Shown here: positions 1-12,982 of the stretch, one piece after another
How positions within the stretch are numbered: the stretch's first letter is position 1
Layout of the letters: each line of letters opens with the position of its first letter
NCBI GenBank assembly: GCA_964016885.1
Contig: OZ024763.1
Span: forward strand, 6,386,001-6,450,000
Source of the DNA: Eledone cirrhosa
Taxonomy: Eukaryota
Direction: 5' to 3'
DNA: 64,000 bases
Notes under the pieces: model-generated
What the model saw: the letters and a program-made list of their open reading frames with translations, nothing else
What the model was told of the DNA's origin: nothing
Database searches by the model: none
Translations under genes and position numbers: made by a program

Positions 1-59
1 GGGTCTTACTGGTTCCTATATATATATATATAGTGAAAGAGTGAAGAATAACATGGTCG

Positions 60-345
60 GCTGTACAAAAAGGGTTTTATTTACAGTATTAACAATTGTT
101 TCATTGATCAGGTGAGTCTAGAGGCCGATAATCACTTGAAGTTGAGTCACTCAACCTTAAATACAGTGTGTCTCTGATTAAATCATCGGAATACGATAAC
201 TTGTTATCCCATATATATATATAGGGGGAGAGAGGGAGGGAGAAAAAGAATTCCTTTCTCAATGCCAGTTCATATGAAATATAGGATATCAATTTATCTG
301 ATAAAGGGCTGGGTTCTTGATAAATTCTGGTCAATAGACAGATGG
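60..345 (-). mobile_element. Possible degraded LINE 3' end
   Basis: Short minus-strand ORF remnant ending ...RPLDSPDQ*, followed by AATAAA and a (TA)n tail; family not recognised. Confidence 0.25.
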
Positions 346-420
346 AAGAAAACCTTGGAATTTGAATTGATTAACAATAAAATATTTTTAGCTCTAGTTC
401 TATATTTCTCTCTCTAGACG

Positions 421-1958
421 CCATATTTCTAATGAAAGACACTACCTATGTCTTTAACCCTTTCATTACCATATTTCTAATGAAAGACACCGTCTATGTC
501 TTTAACCCTTTCATTACCATATTTCTAATGAAAGGCACTGTCTATGTCTTTAACCCTTTCATTACCATATTTCTAATGAAAGGCACTGTCTATGTCTTTA
601 ACCCTTTCATTACCATATTTCTAATGAAAGACACTGTCTATGTCTTTAACCCTTTCATTACCATATTTCTAATGAAAGACACTGTCTATGTCTTTAACCC
701 TTCCATTACCATATTTCTAATGAAAGACACTGTCTATGTCTTTAACCCTTCCATTATCATATTTCTAATGAAAGGCACTGTCTATGTCTTTAACCCTTTC
801 ATTACCATATTTCTAATGAAAGACACTGTCTATGTCATTAACCCTTTCATTACCATATTTCTAATGAAAGACACTGTCTATGTCATTAACCCTTTCATTA
901 CCATATTTCTAATGAAAGGCACTGTCTATGTCTTTAACCCTTTCATTACCATATTTCTAATGAAAGACACTGTCTATGTCATTAACCCTTTCATTACCAT
1001 ATTTCTAATGAAAGACACTGTCTATGTCATTAACCCTTTCATTACCATATTTCTAATGAAAGACACTGTCTATGTCTTTAACCCTTTCATTACCATATTT
1101 CTAATGAAAGGCACTGTCTATGTCTTTAACCCTTTCATTACCATATTTCTAATGAAAGACACTGTCTATGTCATTAACCCTTTCATTACCATATTTCTAA
1201 TGAAAGACACTGTCTATGTCATTAACCCTTTCATTACCATATTTCTAATGAAAGGCACTGTCTATGTCTTTAACCCTTTCATTACCATATTTCTAATGAA
1301 AGACACTGTCTATGTCATTAACCCTTTCATTACCATATTTCTAATGAAAGACACTGTCTATGTCATTAACCCTTTCATTACCATATTTCTAATGAAAGAC
1401 ACTGTCTATGTCTTTAACCCTTTCATTACCATATTTCTAATGAAAGACACTGTCTATGTCTTTAACCCTTTCATTACCATATTTCTAATGAAAGACACTG
1501 TCTATGTCTTTAACCCTTTCATTACCATATTTCTAATGAAAGACACTGTCTATGTCTTTAACCCTTTCATTACCATATTTCTAATGAAAGACACTGTCTA
1601 TGTCTTTAACCCTTTCATTACCATATTTCTAATGAAAGACACTGTCTATGTCTTTAACCCTTTCATTACCATATTTCTAATGAAAGACACTGTCTATGTC
1701 TTTAACCCTTCCATTACCATATTTCTAATGAAAGACACTGTCTATGTCTTTAACCCTTTCATTACCATATTTCTAATGAAAGGCACTGTCTATGTCTTTA
1801 ACCCTTCCATTACCATATTTCTAATGAAAGACACTGTCTATGTCTTTAACCCTTTCATTACCATATTTCTAATGAAAGACACTGTCTATATCTTTAACCC
1901 TTTCATTACCATATTTCTACTGAAAGACACTGTCTATGTCTTTAACCCTTTCATTACC
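421..1958 (+). repeat. 48-bp minisatellite, ~32 copies
   Basis: Unit ccatatttctaatgaaagacactgtctatgtctttaaccctttcatta with a few variant positions; explains the 512-aa ORF of 16-aa repeats. Confidence 0.97.
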
Positions 1959-2286
1959 ACTTTAAAATAACTTTCAAAAATAATCAAGTATTTGGAGGGA
2001 TTTAGTAATATAACTAACATGCTCATTATTTAGTTTGTATCCCGCCGAGGTTGACTTTGCCTTTCATCCTTACGGGGTCGATAAAATAAAGTACCAGTAA
2101 TGCACTGGATATTTGCTGGCCTTGTGGCTAAAGTAGAAACAATTATTTAGTTTGTGTTGGGAAAATAATATAATATAAAATAATGAGGGAAGGTTTTTAG
2201 ATAAATATAAACACTTTAAAATAAACACATTTGTATCAATCACAGAACCAGGGGTGGTTTCAGGTTTGGCACATCAAAAGGGTTAA
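1942..2286 (+). mobile_element. piggyBac-like MITE (family A)
   Basis: Ends TTAA-CCCTTT ... AAAGGG-TTAA; related pieces at 6955-7290, 10870-11055, 12305-12640, 13085-13660, 32490-32710. Confidence 0.7.
2039..2141 (+). mobile_element. 5'-truncated SINE inserted in the MITE
   Basis: Conserved core gcctttcatccttacggggtcgataaaataaagtaccag, flanked by a 14-bp TSD attatttagtttgt (2025-2038 and 2142-2155). Confidence 0.85.
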
Positions 2287-2674
2287 GAAAGTCTATTTAG
2301 ATGTATTTTTTATATAGAAAGTTCTTTATATCTCATATTTCTCCACCCTGTGAATTTCCTTCCCATCCCCATCTCTCTCTACCCTTCCACCCATCAGTCC
2401 CTCTCTCTCTCCCCCCTACCCACACATACATCTGGTAAAATATTCTCCAGCAAAGAAAGACTGAGGGGTGGGAAACAAACCCCAAACTATTCATGAGTTG
2501 AGATGACCTAGAAAAAAAAATAAGGCATTTGACAGGTACCCCTCCCCCCTTCAGGGGTGTGTACACACAGAATGCCATGTTGTATGTGTTGGAAGATAAA
2601 AAGCATTAGAGCTGTTGTAGTAGAGAGAGAAATTTATAGAGAGCTATCTCATAAGAATGTTCAGGTACTTAGCT

Positions 2675-2877
2675 TTAACTCTTTACCATTTACATTACTC
2701 TATATTTACTATTATATCTTCATGATAAAGACTTTATCTCACATAATATCGAATCTATGAGATTTTGATATTTATTTTGAGAACCATACCTTAACATCAG
2801 TATGAGTGGCTGGTTATAGCCAGTTCGAATAGAAGGAGGTAAGGTCGTATATCGCAGGTTTAAATGTTAAATGGTTA
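2675..2877 (+). mobile_element. piggyBac-like MITE (family B), diverged copy
   Basis: Same internal sequence as 10440-10647 and 12001-12206. Confidence 0.75.
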
Positions 2878-3049
2878 CGGGGTATGAGTGAAAAGGGGTT
2901 TATCAACAGCCCTCCATTCCACTCCACTCTAACTCCTCACCTATGAGGGCAGCTATTGAAGTGTATAAAATCTCCACCTCAAAATAACATCTATCAGTGT
3001 CTTATCAAGTGGGAGTGTGTGTTGGTGTTCTCTCTTTTCCACTCGCTAT

Positions 3050-3266
3050 TATGTGCAAGTGGGAGCCCACGCACTGGTCGCCCCGCAGTCTCAGTGGACA
3101 GAATTAAGAAGATGTGTTGGAAGAGCCACTCCAGCTCACACCTGCGGGTAACCAACTCCGTATTGATGGTGGTGACTAGGGATGTGGTCCTAGGGCCAAG
3201 GACACCAGAAGTTTCCAAATGCTAGTGGCTCGACAGCAAACCTGTCTGAGAGCGACCGATATTTGG
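3050..3266 (-). mobile_element. Non-LTR retrotransposon fragment, C-terminus of a restriction-like endonuclease (CRE-like)
   Basis: Frameshifted translation KYRSLSDRFAVEPLA/ETSGVLGPRTTSLV...EWLFQHI resembles the KY..L...F.P...ET.G..G motif of RLE-type LINEs. Confidence 0.6.
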
Positions 3267-3304
3267 ATTAGAACTCTTAAGAGCGTATGTTTGTGTGGGG
3301 GTGA

Positions 3305-4160
3305 TTGTTGTTGTTATAGCTCACACCTATTTAGGTTTAGCTGGCCTCCTGTAGGGTTGCATCTCATAAGAGGTTTCTCAGGTGTTTTAATGATAGAGGT
3401 TCTGGTCCTATTGTATTGTTACAATTCACATACATGTAGGTTTATCTGGTCTCTTACAAGGTTGTATCTCATACTATGTTTCTCAGGCATTTTAATGACA
3501 GTTCCCCCTCCTCCCACCAGTAGATTTAGCTGGTCTTCTACAAGGTTGTATAAGATAAGAGGTTTCTGAGGTGTTTTAATGATAAGGACCTATCATGTTG
3601 TTACAGTTCACACCTATGTAGGTTTAGCTGGCCTCTTACAAGGTAGTATATCATTAGAGGTTTCTTGGGTGTTTTAATGACAGAGACCCCAGCCCTATCA
3701 TGTTTTGTTACAGCTCACACCTATGTAGGTTTAGCTGGCCTTCTACAAAGTTCTATCTCACAGGAGGTTTCTTGGGTGTTTTAATGACAGAGACCCCAGC
3801 CCTATCATGTTTTGTTACAGCTCACACCTATGTAGGTTTAGCAGGCCTTCTACAAAGTTCTATCTCACAGGAGGTTTCTTGGGTGTTTTAATGACAGAGA
3901 CCCCAGCCCTATCATGTTTTGTTACAGTTCACACCTATGTAGGTTTAGCTGGCCTTCTACAAAGTTGTATCTCACAGGAGGTTTCTTGGGTGTTTTAATG
4001 ATAGGGACCCCCAGTCTTATGTTATTGTTATAGCTCACACCTATGTAGGTTTAGCTGGCCTCCTACAAGGTTTTATATCACAGGTTTCTTGGGTGTTTTA
4101 ATGATAGGGACCCCGGTCCTTGTAGATTTAGCTGGCTTTTGTATAAGGTTGTATCACATA
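3305..4160 (+). repeat. ~107-bp tandem repeat, ~8 copies
   Basis: Unit gtttagctggccttctacaaag...gttacagctcacacctatgtag; identical copies 107 bp apart (3700/3807). Confidence 0.9.
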
Positions 4161-4174
4161 CACACACACATACA

Positions 4175-4525
4175 TTAATATATATTTATAGACCAGCAAC
4201 AGCCACACTATATATATATATATACATACTAACATATGTATATAGACATACACATATACCCCCAAACGTTAATATATATTTATAGATCCATAGCAACTAC
4301 ATTATATATACACCCTAACACATGCACATACACACAGATTAATATATATTTATAGATCAACAACAGCCACACTATATATGCATATGCACACACACACACA
4401 TTAATATATAATTATAGATCCCCAACAGCGACACAATATATACATATATACACTCTAACACATGCATATACACACACATATAGATTAATATATATTTATA
4501 GATCAACAACAGCCACACCATATAC
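4175..4525 (+). repeat. Degenerate tandem repeat with embedded microsatellites
   Basis: Recurring ttaatatatatttatagatc...acagccacac. Confidence 0.75.
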
Positions 4526-4874
4526 TTAATATTATAATAATAAGCAGCTGTACTGGATATTCAGGTCCAGCATATATCAGTGAATATATATATTTAGTCA
4601 CTACAAACTCCCAATGTGTGTATATAAACATGGTCACTACAGCCTTGTTTAGTGTGTGTTTATATATGTGGGTAGGTATGCATATGGTTATGGTAGCCTC
4701 GCTGTGTATGTATGTTATATATACATCATCATCATCATCGTTTAAGGTCCATTTTTCCACTCTAGGACGTTAAACAATGATGATGATGATATATATAACA
4801 TACATACACGCCTTGTTATGCAGTATATTGATATATATATATAACATACACACATGTATTGTTATGCAGTATAT

Positions 4875-4920
<46 letters not shown>

Positions 4921-4958
4921 CATACATACATACACACATGTATTGTTATGCAGTATAT

Positions 4959-5038
<80 letters not shown>

Positions 5039-5234
5039 CATACATACACACATGTATTGTTATGCAGTATATATATATATATATATATATCAATGAAAAT
5101 ATGCAACAATATATATATATAACAATATGTGTGTGTGGTAGAAAATAACCAAGCCCCACTAATTGACAGATTCTTATCTTACTCTGTAATGAGGAATTCT
5201 TCACAAGACAACCAAACAATGGCAGTAACACCGT

Positions 5235-5580
5235 TGTATGTGGTGTGTTGTGTTGTGTGTGATATAGGTTGTGGTGTGTAGTGTTGTGTTGTGTGTGATG
5301 TAGGTTGTGTAGTGTTGTGTTGTGTGTGATGTAGGTTGTATAGTGTTGTGTTGTGTGTGATGTAGGTTGTGTAGTGTTGTGTTGTGTGTGATGTAGGTTG
5401 TGTAGTGTTGTGTTGCATGTGAGGTAGGTAGTGTTGTGTTGTAGGTTGTATAGTGTTGTGTTGTATGGGTTGTGTTGCATGTGAGGTAGGTTGTATAGTG
5501 TTGTGTTGTAGGTTGTATAGTGTTGTGTAGTGTTGTGTTGTATAGGTTGTGTTGCATGTGAGGTAGGTTGTATGTCGTGT
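5235..5580 (+). repeat. ~31-bp GT-rich minisatellite
   Basis: Recurring gtagtgttgtgttgtgtgtgatgtaggttgt. Confidence 0.85.
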
Positions 5581-7039
5581 GTATGCGCTGTGTTCTATGT
5601 TGTGCTGTGTGTGGTCCTATGTTCTAAGTTGTGTATGCGCTGTGTTGCATGTGTACTACTGTGTATACTGTATAGTGTTGTATTTTGTATGTAAATATCT
5701 GTTGAATGTTGGGTGTGTTGTATTCATGATGTATCTACATGTATATGTTGTATAAGCTGTATAAATATGTTGTGTATATGCTGTATATACATGTTGTGTA
5801 TATATGTTATATATGCTGTGTATATGTTATATATGTTGTGTATATGTTATATATGATGTATAAATATGTGGTGTATATATGTTATAAATGATGTATAAAT
5901 ATGTTGTGTATATATTTTGTATATACTGTATAAATATGTGGTGTATATATGTTATATATGCAGTATAAATATGTTGTGTGTATATGTTGTATATGCTCTG
6001 ATGTTAAATGTTGCAGTCAGTATTGTGTTTTTTGTTGTATATCATATATGCTAAGTGTATGCTGTATATGTTATATATATATACATGCTGTTGTGTATAT
6101 AAATATGTGTATGTGTGTTGAGAAATGTGCTGAACATATAAGTGTATTACCAGTAATGTTATTTTGTGTGTGTGCGTGTGTGTGTGTGTTTCCCCAATGT
6201 TGACCCAGTCACTTGGCACACTGTCAGAGATCTTCAAACAGAAACAGATGAAATTATTAACACCAACTCTGGAGCTGATGTGGGCAGGATATGTAGGGTG
6301 GTGGTAGGTGTATGTGATGCTGTGGAGTGTGGGCAGGATGTGTATGGTGGTGGTGTGTGAAATAGGTGGTGGTAGGTGTATGTGATGCTGTGTATGGTGA
6401 TGGTATGTTTGTGTATGGATAGTGTGTGTGTGTGTGTAGTGTTGTATGTGTGATTTGTGTGGTGTGTGTAGTGTATAATGATGTTTTAACTGTTCTCTAG
6501 AGAGCCGAAGAAGAATGGTATGGGATGGTATGGTAACACAAGTTAGCTACTACCATCATATCAATCACAAGGAACCAGGTGAAAAAATCTGGGAAGGTGA
6601 TGTGGGCAGTATATGTGTGTGGTGTAATGGTAGTTTAACTGTTCTCTAAAGAGATGAAGAATGGTACACCTGTGCTGTGTGATGTGGGTAGGAGGTGTGG
6701 TGTGGTGTAATGGTAGTTTAACTGTTCTCTAAAGAGATGAAGAATGGTATAGATAGTATGGTAATGGTATCGTATGAGAGAAACAAATGTTCTAAAATGT
6801 CTTTTCTGTCCAGCTCTCAATCTATTTTTCTAGCTAGCTCTCTAGCTCTATTATTATCTACCTTTATTTTCATCGCTGATTTTCTATCTTTACATCTAGC
6901 TCTCTATCTACCCCCCTCCCCCCATATATATATACAATCTATCTATCTCCATATAGATATAACAAAGGTTCTTACATAAAATAATGATGGAAAATCTGTA
7001 GATAAATATAAACACTTTAAACCAAATGGCTTCATATCA

Positions 7040-7290
7040 TAGAACCGGGGAGTGAGGGTTTCAAGTGGGTTGGAACATAACTTAACCAAGGATTTCAGGT
7101 TGGTATCAAGAGAGTTAAGCTGGTGCTTGGAACATAACTTAATACAGGTAGGTTGGTATCAAAAGGGTTAAGTTGGTGTTTGGAACATAACTTAACAAAA
7201 GGTTTTAGATTGGTATCAAGACAGTTAAGCTGGTGTTTGGAACATAACTTAATCAAGGTTCCAAGGTGGTTTGGTATCAAAACGGTCAAA
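7040..7290 (+). repeat. ~55-bp tandem repeat derived from the MITE A right end
   Basis: Recurring ttggtatcaaaagggttaagctggtgtttggaacataacttaa. Confidence 0.75.
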
Positions 7291-7659
7291 ATATATTTTA
7301 AAATAGTGAAACCATTTCAGATAATATTAATTTCACCTTAGAGATTATCACATTTGAAATAGAAATAAAAATAATTCCAAGAATTATTCGAGATTTTAAG
7401 TTTCAAGTTTACATTTTCTTTTTAAGTTTATATTTAAAAAATAAATAATAATTTGATTTATTCTCCCAAAATAACCCACCAATGACTTTGATCTCTTTGT
7501 GGTATTGATCTTTGATCTGAGAAGTTCCTCGTGTTGGTTCAGCTTTCATCTTTACTGGTAAGTTGTCTTGGGAGTGATCTATAAAACTGCTCGACTTCTG
7601 GTACTAAACCAACTGAAATACGCCCAACCCTGCCTTGTGATAAGATATAAAACTGTTTA

Positions 7660-7979
7660 AGGCAGTGTCTTTCATTAGAAATATGGTAATGAAAGGGTTA
7701 ATGACATAGACAGTGTCTTTCATTAGAAATATGGTAATGGAAGGGTTAATGACATAGACAGTGTCTTTCATTAGAAATATGGTAATGAAAGGGTTAATGA
7801 CATAGACAGTGTCTTTCATTAGAAATATGGTAATGAAAGGGTTAATGACATAGACAGTGTCTTTCATTAAAAATATGGTAATGGAAGGTGACATAGACAG
7901 TGTCTTTCATTAAAAATATGGTAATGAAAGGTGACATAGACAGTGTCTTTCATTAAAAATATGGTAATGAAAGGGTTAA
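7660..7979 (-). repeat. Inverted array of the 48-bp minisatellite, ~6-7 copies
   Basis: Reverse complement of the 421-1958 unit. Confidence 0.95.
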
Positions 7980-8304
7980 GTCAATTTCCAATGAAGAATA
8001 AACACTGACCTGTTTTTTTTCTTCTTTGGTTAGAGAAAATAAATCAATAATTTGCAGACATCTGAGTACATTTAATTTGTTTTAGCTGTTTTTTTCCCCT
8101 TTTTCCCCTCCCCTTTATTTATTTTTCTTTCTGTCTTCCTTTTACATATGGTTTGTGTCATCTCATTTACATCATAGTTTGTCATGATTGAGTGGAAGGT
8201 GGGTGATGGTTGAGTGGTTCAGGTGTTGCAAATTTCATTCCTAGAAGTGATGTGGGGTGTGTCATGTTCTTGAACAAGACACAGCATTTCATGTTTTACA
8301 TGAG

Positions 8305-8820
8305 AGGACTGGGACCCCTATTATTAAAAAACCTGAGAAACCTCCTATGAGATACAACCTTGTATGAGACCAGTTAACCTACATAGGTATGAGTTGCAAC
8401 AACATAAGCCCGGAGCCCCTACTCTTAAAATACCAGAGAAACCTCCTATGAGATACAACCTTGTAGGAGGCCAGCTAACCTTACATATGTGTGAGCTGTA
8501 ACAACATGATAGGACTGGGGCCCCCTATTATTAAAACACCCATGAACCCTATGCTATACAACCTTGTAGGAGGCCAGTTAAACTTACATAGTTGAGAGAT
8601 GTAACAACAGCATGGTAGGACTGGAATCCCTATCATTAAAATACCAGAGAAACCTCCTATGAAATACAACCTTGTAGGAGACCAGCCAAACCTACATAGG
8701 TCTGAGCTGTAACAACATGACAGGACTGGGAACCCCTATCATTAAACCACCCAAGAAAGCTCCAAAGAGGTGTAACTTTCTGGGAGGCCATCTAAACCAA
8801 ATGAAAGTGTGAGCTGTAAA
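8305..8820 (-). repeat. Inverted array of the ~107-bp repeat, ~5 diverged copies
   Basis: Reverse complement of the 3305-4160 unit. Confidence 0.85.
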
Positions 8821-9098
8821 TTTCATACAACAGATGTGTTATGCAAAAAGTTAAATAGAGAAGCTATCCAGAAAACACTAGAATTACACTTGATAAGCTC
8901 CAGATAGCAGTGAACATAAAGAAGAAGAAGAAGAAGAAGAAGACCAGGAGGAGATGTGAGATGATAAATTAATTTTCTCTCTCTCACACACACAACTAGG
9001 TTATGTCAATATTGAAGGATATCTGCCCCAGTTTTTACACACATATACACACATAAATATATCAATATTGTGAAGGAGCGACATACACACACACACAA

Positions 9099-9187
<89 letters not shown>

Positions 9188-9899
9188 GAGAGCGAGAGAG
9201 AGAGAGAGAGACACAAATATATCAATATTGTGAAAGACACACTCACACATATGTATATATGTCAATATTGAGAGAGAGATAGTTAGGCACACACACACAC
9301 ACACACACACACCACACACAAATCAATACTGAGAGAAGGAAAGACCCCCCCCCCCCCCACACACACACACAGTGTCTTGGCTATATTCCACAACAGACAC
9401 TGATGGAATCAAAGAGAATTTATAGAAGAAACAACAACAACAACAAGAATAAGAATAACAACAACAATACATGCAGTCAATGCAGCAGAGTAGCAATGGA
9501 TTTTTGCGCTGAGTTGGCAATTTGTGATTTCTGATTTATCAATGGGAGGAAAAGGTCAACGATGAAAGCTTTTTGTGTCAAATAAAAGTTTGTCATAAAC
9601 CGTAACTATTTATCGAGTTCTAGGGACGTCATTCTGACATGGAAGAGGACACCATCCTTCTTTCACCAGGTCTGAACACAGTTGATTTGCTCTGATTTGA
9701 GAGAGGAGAAAGACACTTATAGGAAGAATCAACCCCCAGAACTACACTGGTATCATATTTGTATATATGCATGGACTCCTAACTCCTGGTGGAGTTGTAG
9801 AAGCACTGTAGTGACATAGGACATGTCTTGGACATTTTAAAAACCTGGTGGAACCCATCTCCTCTTCAGATCTGAACAAAGCTGGTTGCTGGGAGAATA

Positions 9900-10040
9900 C
9901 TCCGGAATATCCTGCTGGTTGGTTTTGCTCATAAAATCTGTCCGGTGATTCTTTCCTGAGACATTCTAACCACGTCTGTAATATCGGAGCTGTGATCTCT
10001 CAATTCAGAGAAGTAGCAGCCCTACTTGGAGCAACTTTCT
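9900..10040 (-). mobile_element. RTE-clade LINE fragment
   Basis: Frameshifted ERSQLRYY../VVRMSQERITGQIL; homologous to 34440-34575. Confidence 0.65.
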
Positions 10041-10439
10041 GATCTACAAGCTATACACTCTATCGAGTAACATTACTCCAAAGACTCTGTAGAGGAACCC
10101 CATTTCCGCCACTGGTATTTGCGATCGTATTCTTCTTATTTTGCAGAAGCAGGGTCAGTATATAATATCCCAATGTCTTGTTAGTGACAGGTGAAGAGTT
10201 TTGTGTCAAATAAAATTTTGTATTGACAAAAGTTGGAGAAAAGAAGCTATTTTGTTTGTTTTTCACTTCTCTATGTTGGCATGGGTTGTAACAGGACTCA
10301 GATAACTTTAAGTTGGTATTCCAAACACCAGCTTTTGATACCAAAACACCTGAAACCATCCCTAGTTCTGATATAAAGCTGATTGTTATAAACTGCTGAT
10401 CATCATCATCATCATCATCATCACCATCATTATTGTTAA

Positions 10440-10647
10440 CCCTTTACCATTTACATTACTCTATATTTACTATTGTATTTTTGTGGTAAAGGCTTTATCT
10501 CACAAAATATCGACTCTATGAGATTTTGATATTATTTATTTTGAAAATAATACCTTAACATAAGTATGAGAGGCTGGTTATAGCCAGTTTGAAGAGAAAG
10601 AGGTGAGAGAATTCTGGTCAGATATGGACGGTTTAAATGCTAAAGGG
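10440..10647 (+). mobile_element. piggyBac-like MITE (family B)
   Basis: TTAA|CCCTTTA...TAAAGGG|TTAA ends. Confidence 0.8.
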
Positions 10648-11614
10648 TTAATGTCTTATTTTTCCACACTTGCATTGGTTAGATGGGTCACCCACATTAT
10701 GAGACAAGACTGGCTGGGCTATACCTTGCCCAAATGGAAATGTATTTTAGTTGGGGATTTTTTTTTTACAGTTGAGATACCCTTCTTAACACAAACCGGG
10801 TGGTCCTATTATCAGTTGGCTGTACTGCAACTTGCTCATAGCAAAACCAAAAACTTTCCGTCATAATTTTATCTGAGAACCTTTGTTAAGTTATGTTCCA
10901 AACACCAACTTGAACCCTTTTCATACTAAACCACATGAAACCGCCCCTAGTTTTATGATAAAAAATTGTTCGTTTTAAAATGTTTACATTTATCTAAAAA
11001 CTTTCCAGCATAATTTTATGTGAGAACCTTTGTTAAGTTATGCTCCAAACACCTTAATGAGAAAGTTAGTTATCTATATATCAATTTGAGCAACTTCCGT
11101 CCATTACACAATGTGTGTGTAAAAGGAGGAAGGGGGTGGTGAAAAAACTATAGCAAAACAGCAGCTGTCGTTCCATTTGCTACACTGTGTGTTTGTGTGA
11201 ATGCATGTCTGTGTTTGCGCATTTATAACACTTTAATCATACATGTCAGTGTGTTGAAAAAAATTTGAGTATTACTAAATTTCTCCAAATTCTCGATTAT
11301 TTCCAAAATTATGTGAAAATCATAGACAGACTCATTAGAACAGTAATGAAGAAATGTTTTTTTTTAACATCAATGGAATTTAGCAATCTCCATTTATATT
11401 TTTTTTCTGGTTTTAAGTCTTAGCTAATTAATTTTTAAGTCGTTAATTAGTACCACTAATCAGAAAACATTTTCACGATCAAAAGCCATCAATTATAGCA
11501 GCATTTACGTCTGTGTGTGTGTGTGTGTGTGTAAGGCTGACGGCTGAGAGAAAAGAGTACTCAATACCAAATATAGTTTACTATGATTGATGGTTTTTGA
11601 TTGTGAAAATGTTC

Positions 11615-11676
<62 letters not shown>

Positions 11677-11767
11677 GTGTGTGGTTGACAGTTGAGACAA
11701 AAGAGTACTCAATACCGAAGTAGAGTTTTAATATCAGACAAGAACTATCGTTTCAATAGCTAGCTCT

Positions 11768-11813
11768 TTGTCTGGTGACTCCGTGATAAACAGGTGAAAC
11801 TCCAGAGTAACAA
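11768..11813 (+). ncRNA. Degenerate hammerhead-like motif
   Basis: ttgt-CTGGTGA-...-GAAA-ctccagag-TA-acaa; core has an A6G change; same family as 36393-36444. Confidence 0.45.
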
Positions 11814-12000
11814 GACTCATTATTTAGCCTTAATAAAATGACTATATATATAAGATATATACACACACACCTCACAGGTATACACTTTTCATTCCACCAC
11901 AACCATTTATAATTGATTAACTTCTTTTGGTACCAATGCAGCCGAAACCAGTTCTGGTTCTATAAAACAAAACGCCCCATTTTAAAGGGGTTCTATTTAA

Positions 12001-12206
12001 CCCTTTAATATTTACATTACTCTATATTTACTATTGTATTTTTACGGTAAAGGCTTTATCTCACATAATATCAAATCTATGAGATTTTGATATTATTTAT
12101 TTTGAGAACAATACCTTAACATAAGTATGAGTGGCTGGTTATAGCCAGTTTGAATAGAAAGAGGTGAGAGAATTCTGGTCGGATACGGCCAGTAAATGCT
12201 AAAGGG
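12001..12206 (+). mobile_element. piggyBac-like MITE (family B) nested in a family A copy
   Basis: TTAA at 11997-12000 and 12207-12210; TIR ccctttaatattta / taaatgctaaaggg. Confidence 0.85.
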
Positions 12207-12982
12207 TTAAATTAAAACCTTTTAACAGAATTTTATACTGTTTTAGAATTTTATGCTATTTTAGAAATGAATAAGTTTAGTAAATCCCTCAAAATTCTAC
12301 ATTAAACCCTTTAAGTACCAACCTGACCCAAACCAGCTCTGGTTCTATGAAACAAAACCACCCATTTTAAAGGGTTCCTAATCTCCCAACATAATTTTAT
12401 ATAAGAACCTTACATTAAGTTAGCATTTTAGTAAATCCCTCAAAATACTTCATTAATTAATTGAAATACAGGGTTCCTATTTAAATTAAAATCTTTCAAC
12501 ATAATTTTATATAAGAACCATATGTTGAATTATCTTAGTAATGAAATAATTAATAATTTTAGTAAATCACTCAAAATTCTTAATTAATTTCAACAGAATA
12601 TAGAGTGTATTTCTAATGAGAAATATAGTTAGGAACTAGTTAAATACCAGTAATTACAGTGGCTTCAATATATTTAATAGATATAAATACAGACCCTCCC
12701 CCACTCTATACTACATCACCAGCACTAATACCACAAGCATGACCATCACCACTACTAATACCACAACAACCACCACTATCATCATTACTATTTACCATCA
12801 CCACCACCACCATACTAATGCCACTACTAACACCACCACCACTAATACCATTATTAACAACACCACCACCACTATTACCACTACTAACACCACCACCACC
12901 ACCATCACTAATGTATGGTTACTTTACTTAAGATGAGACAAACAAGAGAGAGGATTAAATATATAATGTATGCTAGATTAAT

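Noticed and set aside
421-1958. CRISPR-like array (also 47145-47855)
   Set aside because: Head-to-tail repeats without unique spacers, no cas genes, eukaryotic context
432-1970. 512-aa ORF
   Set aside because: Product of a stop-free 48-bp MITE-derived minisatellite; no splice or promoter context
2428-2506. Minus-strand exon candidate (tttttctag ... gtatgt)
   Set aside because: Stops in two frames and no recognisable peptide; splice-like signals alone are insufficient
5482-5500. let-7-like sequence tgaggtaggttgtatagt
   Set aside because: Lacks 3 nt of let-7, lies in a GT-rich tandem repeat, and has no hairpin partner
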